Of a stretch of 64,000 bases of DNA, positions 46,164-55,534 are shown in pieces (position 1 is the first letter of the stretch; each line of letters opens with the position of its first letter). This stretch comes from Candidatus Nomurabacteria bacterium GW2011_GWD2_36_14 (lineage in GTDB: Bacteria > Patescibacteriota > Minisyncoccia > Phycocordibacterales > UBA9973), in assembly GCA_000991405.1 (NCBI GenBank), contig LBRL01000001.1:625841-689840 (forward strand). Reading direction: 5' to 3'. A program made the translations under genes and the position numbers. The notes beneath the pieces were generated by a model. The model was not told the DNA's origin and did not search any database. It saw nothing but the letters and a program-made list of their open reading frames with translations.

Positions 46164-46664
46164 ATGAAAACAAAAGAACGAAAAATTTTAATAGGAGGCT
46201 TTGTTTTACTTATAATCGTTTTGGTTTTTCTGTTTCTTAATAGGAAGAAAGAAATACCTATCATTGTCCCCTTAGAACAGAATTATACAGAAGAAAAAAT
46301 TGAAACAATAGTTTCAATAAAAAATCAGAAAAACAAAGGTTTAAAAACAGTACAAACTGAAAATAGTATAAAAATTAAGTTTAGTGTTCTAGATAAAAAA
46401 TACGAAGTAGAGACAAGAGAAGGGGCATCGGTATTCGAAATGATGAAAACGCTGGAAGAGAAGAGTACTCCCCCTGATACATTTAGCTTCAAATATAAAG
46501 AAGTTTCAGGGTTGGGAAGTTTTATTACAGAGATAAATGGAGTAAAGGGAGCTCCCGGGGAGTACTGGATGTATTATGTGAACGACAAGCTCGCTTCCAT
46601 CGGAGTCTCACAATATATACTGAAAGAAGGGGATATTATTAGTTGGAAAAATGAAGGGATATAA
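46164..46664 (+). CDS. DUF4430-like secreted B12-binding protein (transcobalamin beta-domain-like)
   Basis: Signal/TM anchor then a ~120-aa domain (FEMMKTLEEK...GEYWMYYVNDKLASIGVSQYILKEGDIISWK). This is a typical DUF4430 C-terminus and is commonly riboswitch-controlled. Confidence 0.55.
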   Translation: MKTKERKILIGGFVLLIIVLVFLFLNRKKEIPIIVPLEQNYTEEKIETIVSIKNQKNKGLKTVQTENSIKIKFSVLDKKYEVETREGASVFEMMKTLEEKSTPPDTFSFKYKEVSGLGSFITEINGVKGAPGEYWMYYVNDKLASIGVSQYILKEGDIISWKNEGI

Positions 46665-46667
46665 TTT

Positions 46668-48668
46668 ATGATAAAAAATATTTTAAAAAAGTTTATAGTT
46701 TTGCTCGGATTGAGTTTTGTTTTAATAGGATTTAATTTTACAAAAGTAACCGCCGAAGATGCTCCTGTTCCTGCACCCATAGAATGTGTAGCGCCACAGA
46801 TTCTAAATGAAGCAAAAGATGCTTGTGTAGATGTGGTTGTAGTACCAGAAAAATTAAAAGAGCAAGTTGTCATTAGAAATGGAGATGTTATTTTATATGA
46901 TGGATTTTATGAGTTACCAGAATCTGGAATAATTTCAATTCCAGATAAAGATGGTGTTGCCCACGATATAAATGCACGTAGTGCTCTTGCTATACTTTAC
47001 GGTATTGATAGTACTAGTGATAACTTTTCAATTTCTACATTGGAATATAGTGGTGTTTATGATTCTCTATACATGAAATGCTTAACTCCAAGTGGGGGAG
47101 AGATCCTTTGTGATAACTGGCAGTATGTTGTAAACGATTCTTATCCATACGTTGGGATGGACAAAAATATTTTAAGTGGAAATGAAAAAATTTACATATA
47201 CTTTGGACAACAGAATAGAGTTCTCTTAAATAAAAATTTAATAAAAGATAACGAAGAATTAAATGTTACTGCTGAAAAGTATGACTATGAGCATAATCTT
47301 TGGCTTTCTCGTAGTGGAGTTACTGTAGGAGTTACCAAACCAGACCCAGCAAATCCATGGACTCCAAATGATGAGATCCAAAAAAAGGTTGATGATGTAA
47401 CTGGCATTGCAATATTCTCATCTGTACCAGAGGGTGAGTATAATGTAGGAATTAAAGAGGATTATTACTGGCCGACTGAAAAACTTGTAGTCACTAAATT
47501 TGTTCCAGAGAATAATGGTGGTGGGGGAGGTTCTAATACTCCTTTACCTCCTAAAACTTTTTCTACTTCCAAAGCTTTCGAATTTCTGTCTTTCAACCAG
47601 AAGAGTGATGGCTCATTTGGAGCTCCAATGTATACAGACTGGGTGGCGATAGCCTCTAAGGCAGGGGACAATGCTGACTTGAAATTGAAACTTACGAATT
47701 ATCTGAAGTCGAATCCTATAGATGGTGGAGTGGTTACTGACTATGAAAGGCGAGCGATGGCACTAATGGCTCTAGGTATAAATCCATACAATGGGACAGA
47801 GGTGAATTATATAAAGAAAATTACAGATAGCTTTGATGGAGTGCAGTTTGGTGATGCGAGCTTGGTAAACGATGATATCTTTGCTTTGATAGTTTTGAAA
47901 AATGCCGGATATACTGGAAGTGATGAAATGATAAATAAAGATGTAAACTATATTGTATCCAAGCAATCTGGTGGATCATGGGGAAGTATAGATATGACAG
48001 GGGCCGGCATCCAGGCCTTGAGAGGATTTGGAAATATTTCTGGTGTGTCTTCTTCAATTTCTTCAGCGGAAAATTATTTAGTTTCGAGTCAGGGAACAGA
48101 TGGAGGATTTGAAAATAATTCCTCGACTTCTTGGGCATTGCAAGCTCTCATAGATGCTAACAGTGTTTCAAAAGCGACTGATTACTTGGCTTCTGGCCAA
48201 CAGTCAGATGGTGGGTTAGAAAATACGATAGACGAGACAGACGTCCGCGTGTGGTCTACGGCTTATGCTATACCCGCAGTGCTACACAAAACATGGAGTA
48301 GTATCTTGGATAATTTCTCTAAACAAGAAGTGGCTCCTGCTCCAGCTTCTTCACCTTCTTTAATACAAGAAATTAAATCAGAAATTGTCGCTCCTGCTAT
48401 AGTAGAAGAAGAAAAGAAAGATCTAGAAGTGCTTCCAAAAGTAGAAGATAAAAAAATAATCAAGCCAATAGTCAGACAGACAACAAAACCGATAATAAAA
48501 ACAAGTGCAACAACAAATACGAAAATAGAGAAGCCTATAGGGAGTCCTCTTTCTGCTAGTGCTATAGGAGTGAGTGAGTCAAACAATAACTTCTTGTCTA
48601 TAGTTCACAATGTGATATCTAAAATAAAGGCACCATTTGTATGGCTTTTGGTTAAGCTCGGGTTCTGA
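46668..48668 (+). CDS. Surface protein with prenyltransferase/squalene-cyclase-like alpha-alpha toroid repeats (transcobalamin alpha-domain-like), C-terminal membrane anchor
   Basis: Signal peptide. Repeated QxxDGSF/GGF motifs (QKSDGSFGAP, SKQSGGSWGS, SQGTDGGFEN, GQQSDGGLEN). Gly-rich linker GGGGGSNTP. C-terminal hydrophobic FVWLLVKLGF. Confidence 0.65.
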   Translation: MIKNILKKFIVLLGLSFVLIGFNFTKVTAEDAPVPAPIECVAPQILNEAKDACVDVVVVPEKLKEQVVIRNGDVILYDGFYELPESGIISIPDKDGVAHDINARSALAILYGIDSTSDNFSISTLEYSGVYDSLYMKCLTPSGGEILCDNWQYVVNDSYPYVGMDKNILSGNEKIYIYFGQQNRVLLNKNLIKDNEELNVTAEKYDYEHNLWLSRSGVTVGVTKPDPANPWTPNDEIQKKVDDVTGIAIFSSVPEGEYNVGIKEDYYWPTEKLVVTKFVPENNGGGGGSNTPLPPKTFSTSKAFEFLSFNQKSDGSFGAPMYTDWVAIASKAGDNADLKLKLTNYLKSNPIDGGVVTDYERRAMALMALGINPYNGTEVNYIKKITDSFDGVQFGDASLVNDDIFALIVLKNAGYTGSDEMINKDVNYIVSKQSGGSWGSIDMTGAGIQALRGFGNISGVSSSISSAENYLVSSQGTDGGFENNSSTSWALQALIDANSVSKATDYLASGQQSDGGLENTIDETDVRVWSTAYAIPAVLHKTWSSILDNFSKQEVAPAPASSPSLIQEIKSEIVAPAIVEEEKKDLEVLPKVEDKKIIKPIVRQTTKPIIKTSATTNTKIEKPIGSPLSASAIGVSESNNNFLSIVHNVISKIKAPFVWLLVKLGF

Positions 48669-48680
48669 TATAATAGTGGA

Positions 48681-49067
48681 ATGAATAAAACAAAATTTTT
48701 TATTATATTTACAGTTATTATAGTGTTACTAGTTGGGGGATTTGGGGTTTATATGACTAAAGCAAATATTAAGCAATCAACAAAACTTGATGGTTTTGCT
48801 CAGTGTTTGAAAAGTAGTGGAGTGGAGTTTTATGGAACGTTTTGGTGTTCTCATTGTCAAAATCAAAAGAAACTTTTTGGATCTTCTAAACAATATCTTC
48901 CTTATATAGAATGTTCTACTCCCGATGGAACAGGTCAACTCCAAGTTTGTAAAGATAAAGGAATAGAAGGTTATCCAACTTGGATATTTAAAGACGGGTC
49001 CCGTCTCTCTGGAGAATTATCACTTCAAACATTAGCAGAGAAGACAAATTGTATCTTGCCAGAATAG
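48681..49067 (+). CDS. Membrane-anchored thioredoxin-like protein (DsbA/BdbD-type partner)
   Basis: N-terminal TM helix, then FYGTFWCSHCQNQKKLFG (CxxC) in a Trx fold. Confidence 0.7.
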   Translation: MNKTKFFIIFTVIIVLLVGGFGVYMTKANIKQSTKLDGFAQCLKSSGVEFYGTFWCSHCQNQKKLFGSSKQYLPYIECSTPDGTGQLQVCKDKGIEGYPTWIFKDGSRLSGELSLQTLAEKTNCILPE

Positions 49068-49080
49068 AGTATTAAAATAT

Positions 49081-49629
49081 ATGCCAGCATATCTAGACAC
49101 AGTGAATAAGATTTTAGCCTTGGGGACGATCTTTCTCCAAGTAGTTATTCTAAGTGTCCTAATAATTTTAATTTTCTTTAGAAGTAGGAATAATCCTCTA
49201 TTACTCTTCTTCAAGAAATATACTTTCATCCTTGGATTCTTGGGAGCATTGGGGGCATTTAGTTTATCTCTCTTTTATTCTGAAATAATTGGCTTCCCAC
49301 CTTGTGAGCTTTGCTGGATTCAGAGAATATTCTTGTACCCTCAACTAATACTATTTGGAATGGAACTCTACAAGAGAGATAAATCAATCGTGGATTTCAG
49401 CTTGGTCTTTGCTATTATCGGTTCAATAGTCTCTATCTATCATATATTTGTAGAAACTGGATTAACTTCTGGTCCTTCGTGTGCAGATCCATCTCGTGGG
49501 GGAGTCTCTTGCGCAATTCGATATATCTATGAATTCGGCTACGTTACTATGCCAGTCATGGCTCTAACATTATCACTATTTATAATTGTACTTCTGGTCA
49601 ATTATAAATACATGGCAAGAGTGAAATAA
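49081..49629 (+). CDS. Disulfide bond formation protein B-like (DsbB/BdbC family)
   Basis: Four TM helices. First-loop PCELCWIQR (compare DsbB PCVLCIYER, BdbC CWYQR). Second-loop cysteine pair SCADPSRGGVSC. Confidence 0.7.
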   Translation: MPAYLDTVNKILALGTIFLQVVILSVLIILIFFRSRNNPLLLFFKKYTFILGFLGALGAFSLSLFYSEIIGFPPCELCWIQRIFLYPQLILFGMELYKRDKSIVDFSLVFAIIGSIVSIYHIFVETGLTSGPSCADPSRGGVSCAIRYIYEFGYVTMPVMALTLSLFIIVLLVNYKYMARVK

Positions 49630-49678
49630 ACGTCATTTGGCATATTTCAGCCATGGCGTAAATATGCCAAATAGAAAT

Positions 49679-51382
49679 ATGGAACAAAAATTAGAAAAAA
49701 GGATATGTCAGAATTGTAGGCTTCAATTTACAATAGAGCCAGATGACTTTTCTTTTTATGAGAAAATAAAGGTTCCAGCGCCGACTTTCTGTCCGGAGTG
49801 TCGGATGCAAAGAAGATTTACTTTTAGAAATGAAAGAGTATTGCATAGAAATAAATGTGCTAAAACTGGTAAAAGTGTAATCAGCTGTTTCTCTAGCGAA
49901 TCCCCATTTATTATTTATGACAGAGATATATGGTGGAGTGATAAATGGGACCCGACAGAATATGGTATGGATTATGACTTTTCAAGACCATTTTTTAAAC
50001 AATTTAGGGAACTATTGGAAAAGGTTCCACAGCCCAATCTTTTTATAGGTAAATGTACTGATACTTTATATGGCAATCACATTGGAGAATTTAAAAATTC
50101 TTACTTAGTCTCGGCTTCTTGGTTGGGGGAAAATATAAATTATGCTTCTCGTTGTAATGAAAGCAAGGATTCTATGGATATGTTTACAACAGTAAATTGT
50201 GAGTTTTGTTATGATGATGTTTCTTGTGTTAAGTGTTACGAAACTTTCTATTCACAGAATGCTGTATCTTGTGTCAGTTCCTATTTTCTTTATGATTGTA
50301 AAAATTGTACGAACTGTTTTGGCTGTACAAATTTAAGAAACAAATCTTATTGTATTTGGAATGAACAGTTGACTAAAGAAGAATACTTTAAAAAATTAAG
50401 TGAATTAAATATAGGAAATTATAATAATTTTAAAAAAATTAAAGAAGAATTTAATAAGTTTAAACTTTCAGCATTGAGAAGATTTTCTAATATAGTAAAT
50501 TCAAGTAATGTTAGCGGTGATGACATAACCAATGCGAGTAATTCTCATGATTGTTTCTATGTAGCCAATAATATAAAAGATTGTAGGTTTCTAATAAATG
50601 CGATTGATCGTTTAAATGATTCATATGATGGATATGGAGTAGGAGCCAATACACAGCTTCTTTATGAAGGAATTGACTCAGGTGTAAATGGTTCTATGCA
50701 ACTTTTTACAGCAACTTCTTGGGAGTGTTTAAATACAGAATATTCTTATAATTGTCATGGTTGTAACAATCTTTTTGCTTGTGTGGGTTTGAGGGAAAAT
50801 AGTTATTGTATTTTTAATAAACAGTATTCAAAAGGAGAATATATTGAACTTAAGAAAAAAATCATAGAACATATGAATAATATTCCTTATACAGATAAGA
50901 AGGGGAATGTATATAAATATGGAGAGTTTTTCCCTGCGGAGATTTCTCCATTTGGGTATAACGAAACTGTTGCAGAGGATTATTTTCCACTTTCTGAAGA
51001 TGATATAAAAAGTAATGGATATAATTTTCTTAATCCTGACAAATCAGGATATACAATTACGCATACAAGTAAAGACATACCAGATGATATCAAAGATATT
51101 AAAGAAACAATCCTTGATTATATTATAGAATGTGAATCTTGTAATAAAGGGTATAAAATAATCCAATCAGAATATGAATTTCTGAAGAGATTTAACTTAC
51201 CTATACCAAGAAAATGTTTTGAATGTAGGCATAAAGATCGTTTTAATCAAGTGAATCCTCCAAAGCTCTGGCATAGATCCTGCATGAAAGAAGGCTGTAC
51301 GAATACCTTTGAGACGAGTTATGTTCCTGAGAGGCCGGAGATTATATACTGTGAGAAGTGCTACCAGAATGAGGTGTATTAG
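49679..51382 (+). CDS. Cysteine-rich multi-zinc-ribbon protein, paralog 4 of 5
   Basis: The ORF track gives 49637. By alignment with the other paralogs the likely start is MEQKLEKRICQNCRLQF. Conserved termini; centre contains DCKNCTNCFGCTNLRNKSYCIWNEQ. Confidence 0.8.
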   Translation: MEQKLEKRICQNCRLQFTIEPDDFSFYEKIKVPAPTFCPECRMQRRFTFRNERVLHRNKCAKTGKSVISCFSSESPFIIYDRDIWWSDKWDPTEYGMDYDFSRPFFKQFRELLEKVPQPNLFIGKCTDTLYGNHIGEFKNSYLVSASWLGENINYASRCNESKDSMDMFTTVNCEFCYDDVSCVKCYETFYSQNAVSCVSSYFLYDCKNCTNCFGCTNLRNKSYCIWNEQLTKEEYFKKLSELNIGNYNNFKKIKEEFNKFKLSALRRFSNIVNSSNVSGDDITNASNSHDCFYVANNIKDCRFLINAIDRLNDSYDGYGVGANTQLLYEGIDSGVNGSMQLFTATSWECLNTEYSYNCHGCNNLFACVGLRENSYCIFNKQYSKGEYIELKKKIIEHMNNIPYTDKKGNVYKYGEFFPAEISPFGYNETVAEDYFPLSEDDIKSNGYNFLNPDKSGYTITHTSKDIPDDIKDIKETILDYIIECESCNKGYKIIQSEYEFLKRFNLPIPRKCFECRHKDRFNQVNPPKLWHRSCMKEGCTNTFETSYVPERPEIIYCEKCYQNEVY

Positions 51383-51475
51383 AAAATTAACCCAGTAGGT
51401 GGTTTTACTGAATCAGAATTAAAAAATTCCAGTCTAAACTGGGATTTTTTGTTTTTTATTTGGTATAATGTTTAC

Positions 51476-53239
51476 ATGCATATCGATGAAACTACGATTA
51501 TAAATCTTTTAAATACTTCGGGGCTAGTCAGTAAGACGGACGTGGCGATGGCGGTCAAGAAAGCGAAAGAAACCAATCAGACACTTGGGGCGGTTCTGAT
51601 GAGTGATGGCAAACTTACTGAGAAGGACTGGAATAGTATGCAGGCGGTGTCGCTTGGAATCCCATTTGTTAGCTTGAAAGGGGAGAAGATTGCTCCTGAA
51701 GTTTTGAATCTTATCCCTGAGCCTATTGCTCGCAACAATAATATAATTGCATATAAGAAGTCAGCCTCTGGACTTGAAGTTGCAATGCTAGATGTAGACA
51801 ACTTGCCAGTTATCGACTTTATCAAAAAGAAAGTGGGACTTCGAATCCTACCACGTATGACTTCCTCTGACTCTATCAAGGAAGCACTTTCTCTATACAA
51901 GAAAAGTCTACAAGCAGACTTTGAAGATATTATAAAGAAAGAGACTGGGACTTTGGGATCTATAGTGGATAATGCTTTCGCAGGAGAGAAGACAGACAAC
52001 AGCCAAAAGACAGAAAAGGAACTTGCTGAAGATCTACCTATCGTGAAAATTGTCGATACACTTATCTCCCATGCTATCCTTCAGGGATCTTCTGACATAC
52101 ATATTGAACCTGGGGAAGAGTCGCTCATAGTTCGCTATCGTATTGATGGAATTCTACATGACGCCATGGTACTTCCGAAAGATACTGCTCCCGGAATTGT
52201 GGCACGTATCAAAGTACTTTCTAACTTGAAACTTGACGAGAAGCGATTGCCTCAAGACGGACGTTTTAAAATTATAAATGATTCTGGGAGAGTTTCCTTC
52301 CGTGTTTCTACTTTACCTACATACTTTGGAGAGAAGACAGTCATACGTATTTTGCGAGAAAATGCTAAAGGTTTCTCGCTTGAGGGCTTGGGCTTCCACG
52401 GGGAAGCACTTGAGAGAATTCATAGAGGAATGAAGAAAAGAAATGGAATGTTGCTCGCTGCTGGACCAACTGGATCTGGTAAGACCACGACTCTATATAC
52501 AATGCTTGATATATTGAACACTCCAGATGTAAATATTTCGACGGTTGAAGACCCTATCGAATATCAAATGGCAAGAATAAACCAAACTCAGACCAAATCC
52601 GAAATAGGGCTAACCTTTGCCAATGGACTTCGTACTCTTCTTCGTCAGGACCCTGACATCATCATGGTGGGAGAGATTCGTGATGGAGAGACTGCCTCTC
52701 TAGCGGTGAATGCATCGCTAACAGGGCACTTGGTGCTTTCAACTATACACACCAACTCAGCGGCAGGAGCTATACCACGTATGATAGATATGGGAGTGGA
52801 ACCATTCCTCATCGTATCGACAGTCAAGACAGTAATCGCTCAGCGTTTAGTTCGTAAACTTTCAGAAGAGAAAGAAAAGTACAACTTGAGTAAAGTAGAG
52901 CTCACCGCTTTAAGTAAGGTTGTAAACTTGGATGTAGTTCTCGATACACTGAAGAAGGAAAAGATTGTGAAGGACGATGCTACATGGGAAGAGATACCAT
53001 TCTATAAACCAAAGCCCAACAAAGACTCACCGGATGGCTACAAGGGGCGCGTCGGGATTCATGAAGTACTAGAAGTTAGTAGTACTATCAAGGAAATGAT
53101 TCTAAAGAATTCTTCGGCTGACGACTTAGAAAAAATAGCCAAGAAAGAAGGTATGATGACAATGCTTGAAGATGGAATCTTCCTAGTGGCATCAGGAGTT
53201 ACTTCTACCGAAGAAGTTCTTCGTGTGGTGTCGGAATAA
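51476..53239 (+). CDS. pilB: Type IV pilus assembly ATPase PilB (GspE family)
   Basis: N-terminal GSPII_E_N-like domain. Walker A GPTGSGKTT, Asp box, His box, Walker B. The ORF track starts at 51449. Confidence 0.85.
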   Translation: MHIDETTIINLLNTSGLVSKTDVAMAVKKAKETNQTLGAVLMSDGKLTEKDWNSMQAVSLGIPFVSLKGEKIAPEVLNLIPEPIARNNNIIAYKKSASGLEVAMLDVDNLPVIDFIKKKVGLRILPRMTSSDSIKEALSLYKKSLQADFEDIIKKETGTLGSIVDNAFAGEKTDNSQKTEKELAEDLPIVKIVDTLISHAILQGSSDIHIEPGEESLIVRYRIDGILHDAMVLPKDTAPGIVARIKVLSNLKLDEKRLPQDGRFKIINDSGRVSFRVSTLPTYFGEKTVIRILRENAKGFSLEGLGFHGEALERIHRGMKKRNGMLLAAGPTGSGKTTTLYTMLDILNTPDVNISTVEDPIEYQMARINQTQTKSEIGLTFANGLRTLLRQDPDIIMVGEIRDGETASLAVNASLTGHLVLSTIHTNSAAGAIPRMIDMGVEPFLIVSTVKTVIAQRLVRKLSEEKEKYNLSKVELTALSKVVNLDVVLDTLKKEKIVKDDATWEEIPFYKPKPNKDSPDGYKGRVGIHEVLEVSSTIKEMILKNSSADDLEKIAKKEGMMTMLEDGIFLVASGVTSTEEVLRVVSE

Positions 53240-53244
53240 TATGG

Positions 53245-53285
53245 CCACATGTCGGACTTGTGGAATCCACAAGTCCGACATGTGG
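53245..53285. repeat. Perfect 41-bp palindrome between pilB and pilC
   Basis: CCACATGTCGGACTTGTGG-AAT-CCACAAGTCCGACATGTGG. Each half is itself hairpin-like and shares its core with the rpsT terminator (12392..12416). Confidence 0.6.
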
Positions 53286-53295
53286 ACGAATAGAT

Positions 53296-54510
53296 ATGAA
53301 ATTTAAATACAAAGAACAAAATAAAGAAGGATCTATAGTAGAAGGGCTTGCAGAAGCCCCGGATACATTTGCCCTAGCAAGGGAGATTAGAGAGAGGGGG
53401 TCTGTCCCTCTCTCAGTAAAGGAATATAATGAAAAAGAATTTAAATTCTCTTTTAATCTTGAAATTTTCGGAGGTGTTTCTCTGTCTGAGAAGATAATGT
53501 TTACTAATAATCTGAGTGGAATGCTCTCAGCCGGTCTATCTCTCACTCGAGCTCTCTCTGTCCTAGAAAAGCAGACTACCAATAAATTCTTCAACAACAT
53601 CTTAAAGAGCTTGATAGACGATATAAACAAGGGAGGCACACTTTCCTCTGGTATGAAAAAGTTCCCGAAAGTCTTCTCGGGAGTTTTCGTTTCCATGGTT
53701 CACTCTGGAGAAGAGTCAGGCGGTCTACCTAAGACACTCTCCGAGGTAGGTATGACCCTGAAGAAGACTTATGATTTAAATAGGAAAATAAAAGGAGCTC
53801 TTATCTATCCTAGTATCATTGTAGCGGCGATATTCATCATTGGAATTCTAATGATGATATACGTGGTGCCAACTTTGACTAAAACTTTCACCGATACAGG
53901 AGTAGAACTACCAGCACCTACAAAAGTCATAATCTTTATTTCCAATATGCTCTCTCAACACTTCTTACTATTTGCCTTAGTTATAGGATTGGTTATAGGT
54001 TCGGGGTTCTTGTTTGCTAAGTTGAAATTTACCCAAAGGTATTTTGACATATTTATCCTTAAGCTACCAATGTTAGGCACTCTTATAAAAGAGATGAATA
54101 CAGCTAGAACTGCCCGAACTCTTTCCTCGCTATTGGCCTCTGGAGTAGATGTATCAAGGGCATTAGAGATCACAGAAGAAGTCTTACAGAACGTTCACTA
54201 TAAAGAGCTAATTCACAATGCTATAGGTTCTATAGAAAAAGGAGTAGCTCTCTCTGAATCTTTCAAGGCCAACACGCATCTCTATCCTATCATGGTGGGG
54301 GAAATGATTGAGGTAGGAGAAGAAACCGGTAAGCTCTCTCAAATGCTTATAGATATAGCCGTATTCTATGAGACAGAAGTCGACAATAAAACCAAGAATC
54401 TCTCGACTATCATAGAGCCAGTGCTGATGATATTCATAGGAGTAGCCGTTGGCTTCTTTGCTATTGCGATGATTAAGCCTATGTATACAGTAATGGATAA
54501 TATTAATTAA
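53296..54510 (+). CDS. pilC: Type IV pilus platform protein PilC (GspF family)
   Basis: Two GspF repeats, three TM helices, ..GEETGKLSQML.. motif. The ATG at MKFKYKEQ is preferred over the GTG start at 53260 used by the ORF track. Confidence 0.85.
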   Translation: MKFKYKEQNKEGSIVEGLAEAPDTFALAREIRERGSVPLSVKEYNEKEFKFSFNLEIFGGVSLSEKIMFTNNLSGMLSAGLSLTRALSVLEKQTTNKFFNNILKSLIDDINKGGTLSSGMKKFPKVFSGVFVSMVHSGEESGGLPKTLSEVGMTLKKTYDLNRKIKGALIYPSIIVAAIFIIGILMMIYVVPTLTKTFTDTGVELPAPTKVIIFISNMLSQHFLLFALVIGLVIGSGFLFAKLKFTQRYFDIFILKLPMLGTLIKEMNTARTARTLSSLLASGVDVSRALEITEEVLQNVHYKELIHNAIGSIEKGVALSESFKANTHLYPIMVGEMIEVGEETGKLSQMLIDIAVFYETEVDNKTKNLSTIIEPVLMIFIGVAVGFFAIAMIKPMYTVMDNIN

Positions 54511-54515
54511 TAATT

Positions 54516-55001
54516 ATGAAAAATAAATACAACAAAGGGTTCACCATGTTAGAATTATTGATAGTAATTGTCATTATAGGAATAATTTCTTCTATTGTTT
54601 TAGTAAATCTGTCTTCCTTTCGCAACGAGCAAGCATTACGTAATACAGCGGTTGATATTGTTGCTCTACTAAATAAAGCTCGGCAAAACACTATTTCCTC
54701 TGTGAATTCAAGCAACTATAGCGTCCATTTTGAATCTGGTAGAGCTGTGCTATTTACTGGCAGTACGTATTCTTCGTCAAATAGTACCAATGAACCTATT
54801 GATTTTAGTCCAGTTGTTGCTATTCCTGCCACTGGGGGAATAAATATATCGGGTGGAGGGAGCGATATCACCTTTGAACGTTTAACAGGGGGAGTTATCA
54901 ATGGTACAATTGATAGTACTGTGGTGTTAGAATTAGTTTCTGATTCCACGAAACAAAAAACGATTACAATTAGCAAGATGGGAGTTGTAAGCTTAAATTA
55001 A
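54516..55001 (+). CDS. Type IV pilin (prepilin N-terminal cleavage/methylation domain)
   Basis: KGFTMLELLIVIVIIGIISSI, the class III signal peptide (G/FTxxE) with a hydrophobic helix. Confidence 0.8.
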   Translation: MKNKYNKGFTMLELLIVIVIIGIISSIVLVNLSSFRNEQALRNTAVDIVALLNKARQNTISSVNSSNYSVHFESGRAVLFTGSTYSSSNSTNEPIDFSPVVAIPATGGINISGGGSDITFERLTGGVINGTIDSTVVLELVSDSTKQKTITISKMGVVSLN

Positions 55002-55529
55002 ATGATTAACTTAAATAAAAATAAAAAGAAGTTATTATCTGGATTTACAATAATTGAGGTTCTTGTAGCTTGCGCTATTATCTCGATCTCTATGTTTGCT
55101 CTAATGCAGACAGCACAAAAGGGGATACAACTCTCAGGTGTAGCCTTGAAGAAATCTCAAGCCAGCTTTCTCTTGGAAGAGGGGGCGGAAGCCGTGAAGT
55201 CTATTCGTGACAACAACTGGACAACTATATCTAATTTAAGTTTAAGTCCTACACAATATCATTTATTCTTCAATAATAGTTCGTCTGCTTGGGTTCTAGA
55301 CACTAGTAGTACTAGCTTGGTGGGGAGTACGACCGTATATCCACTAAATGGTTTCGATCGCAAGGTTACCATTTACTCTGTAGGTAGAGATGACAGTGAT
55401 GATATCCTAGAGTCAGGTGGAACTATAGACCCACGTACGAAGAAAGTGACAGTCGAAGTGAGCTGGAACTCTTCTGGTGTAGCTAACACCAAGAGTTTGT
55501 CATTTTATATTACTGATATTTTTAATTAA
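55002..55529 (+). CDS. Minor pilin / pseudopilin
   Basis: SGFTIIEVLVACAIISISMFAL prepilin motif. Confidence 0.75.
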   Translation: MINLNKNKKKLLSGFTIIEVLVACAIISISMFALMQTAQKGIQLSGVALKKSQASFLLEEGAEAVKSIRDNNWTTISNLSLSPTQYHLFFNNSSSAWVLDTSSTSLVGSTTVYPLNGFDRKVTIYSVGRDDSDDILESGGTIDPRTKKVTVEVSWNSSGVANTKSLSFYITDIFN

Positions 55530-55534
55530 TAACA

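Noticed and set aside
46031-46240. 69-aa ORF from the ORF track.
   Set aside because: It lies entirely within the predicted riboswitch, its terminator and the start of the next gene. Its sequence is low-complexity and it has no RBS, so I treated it as non-coding.
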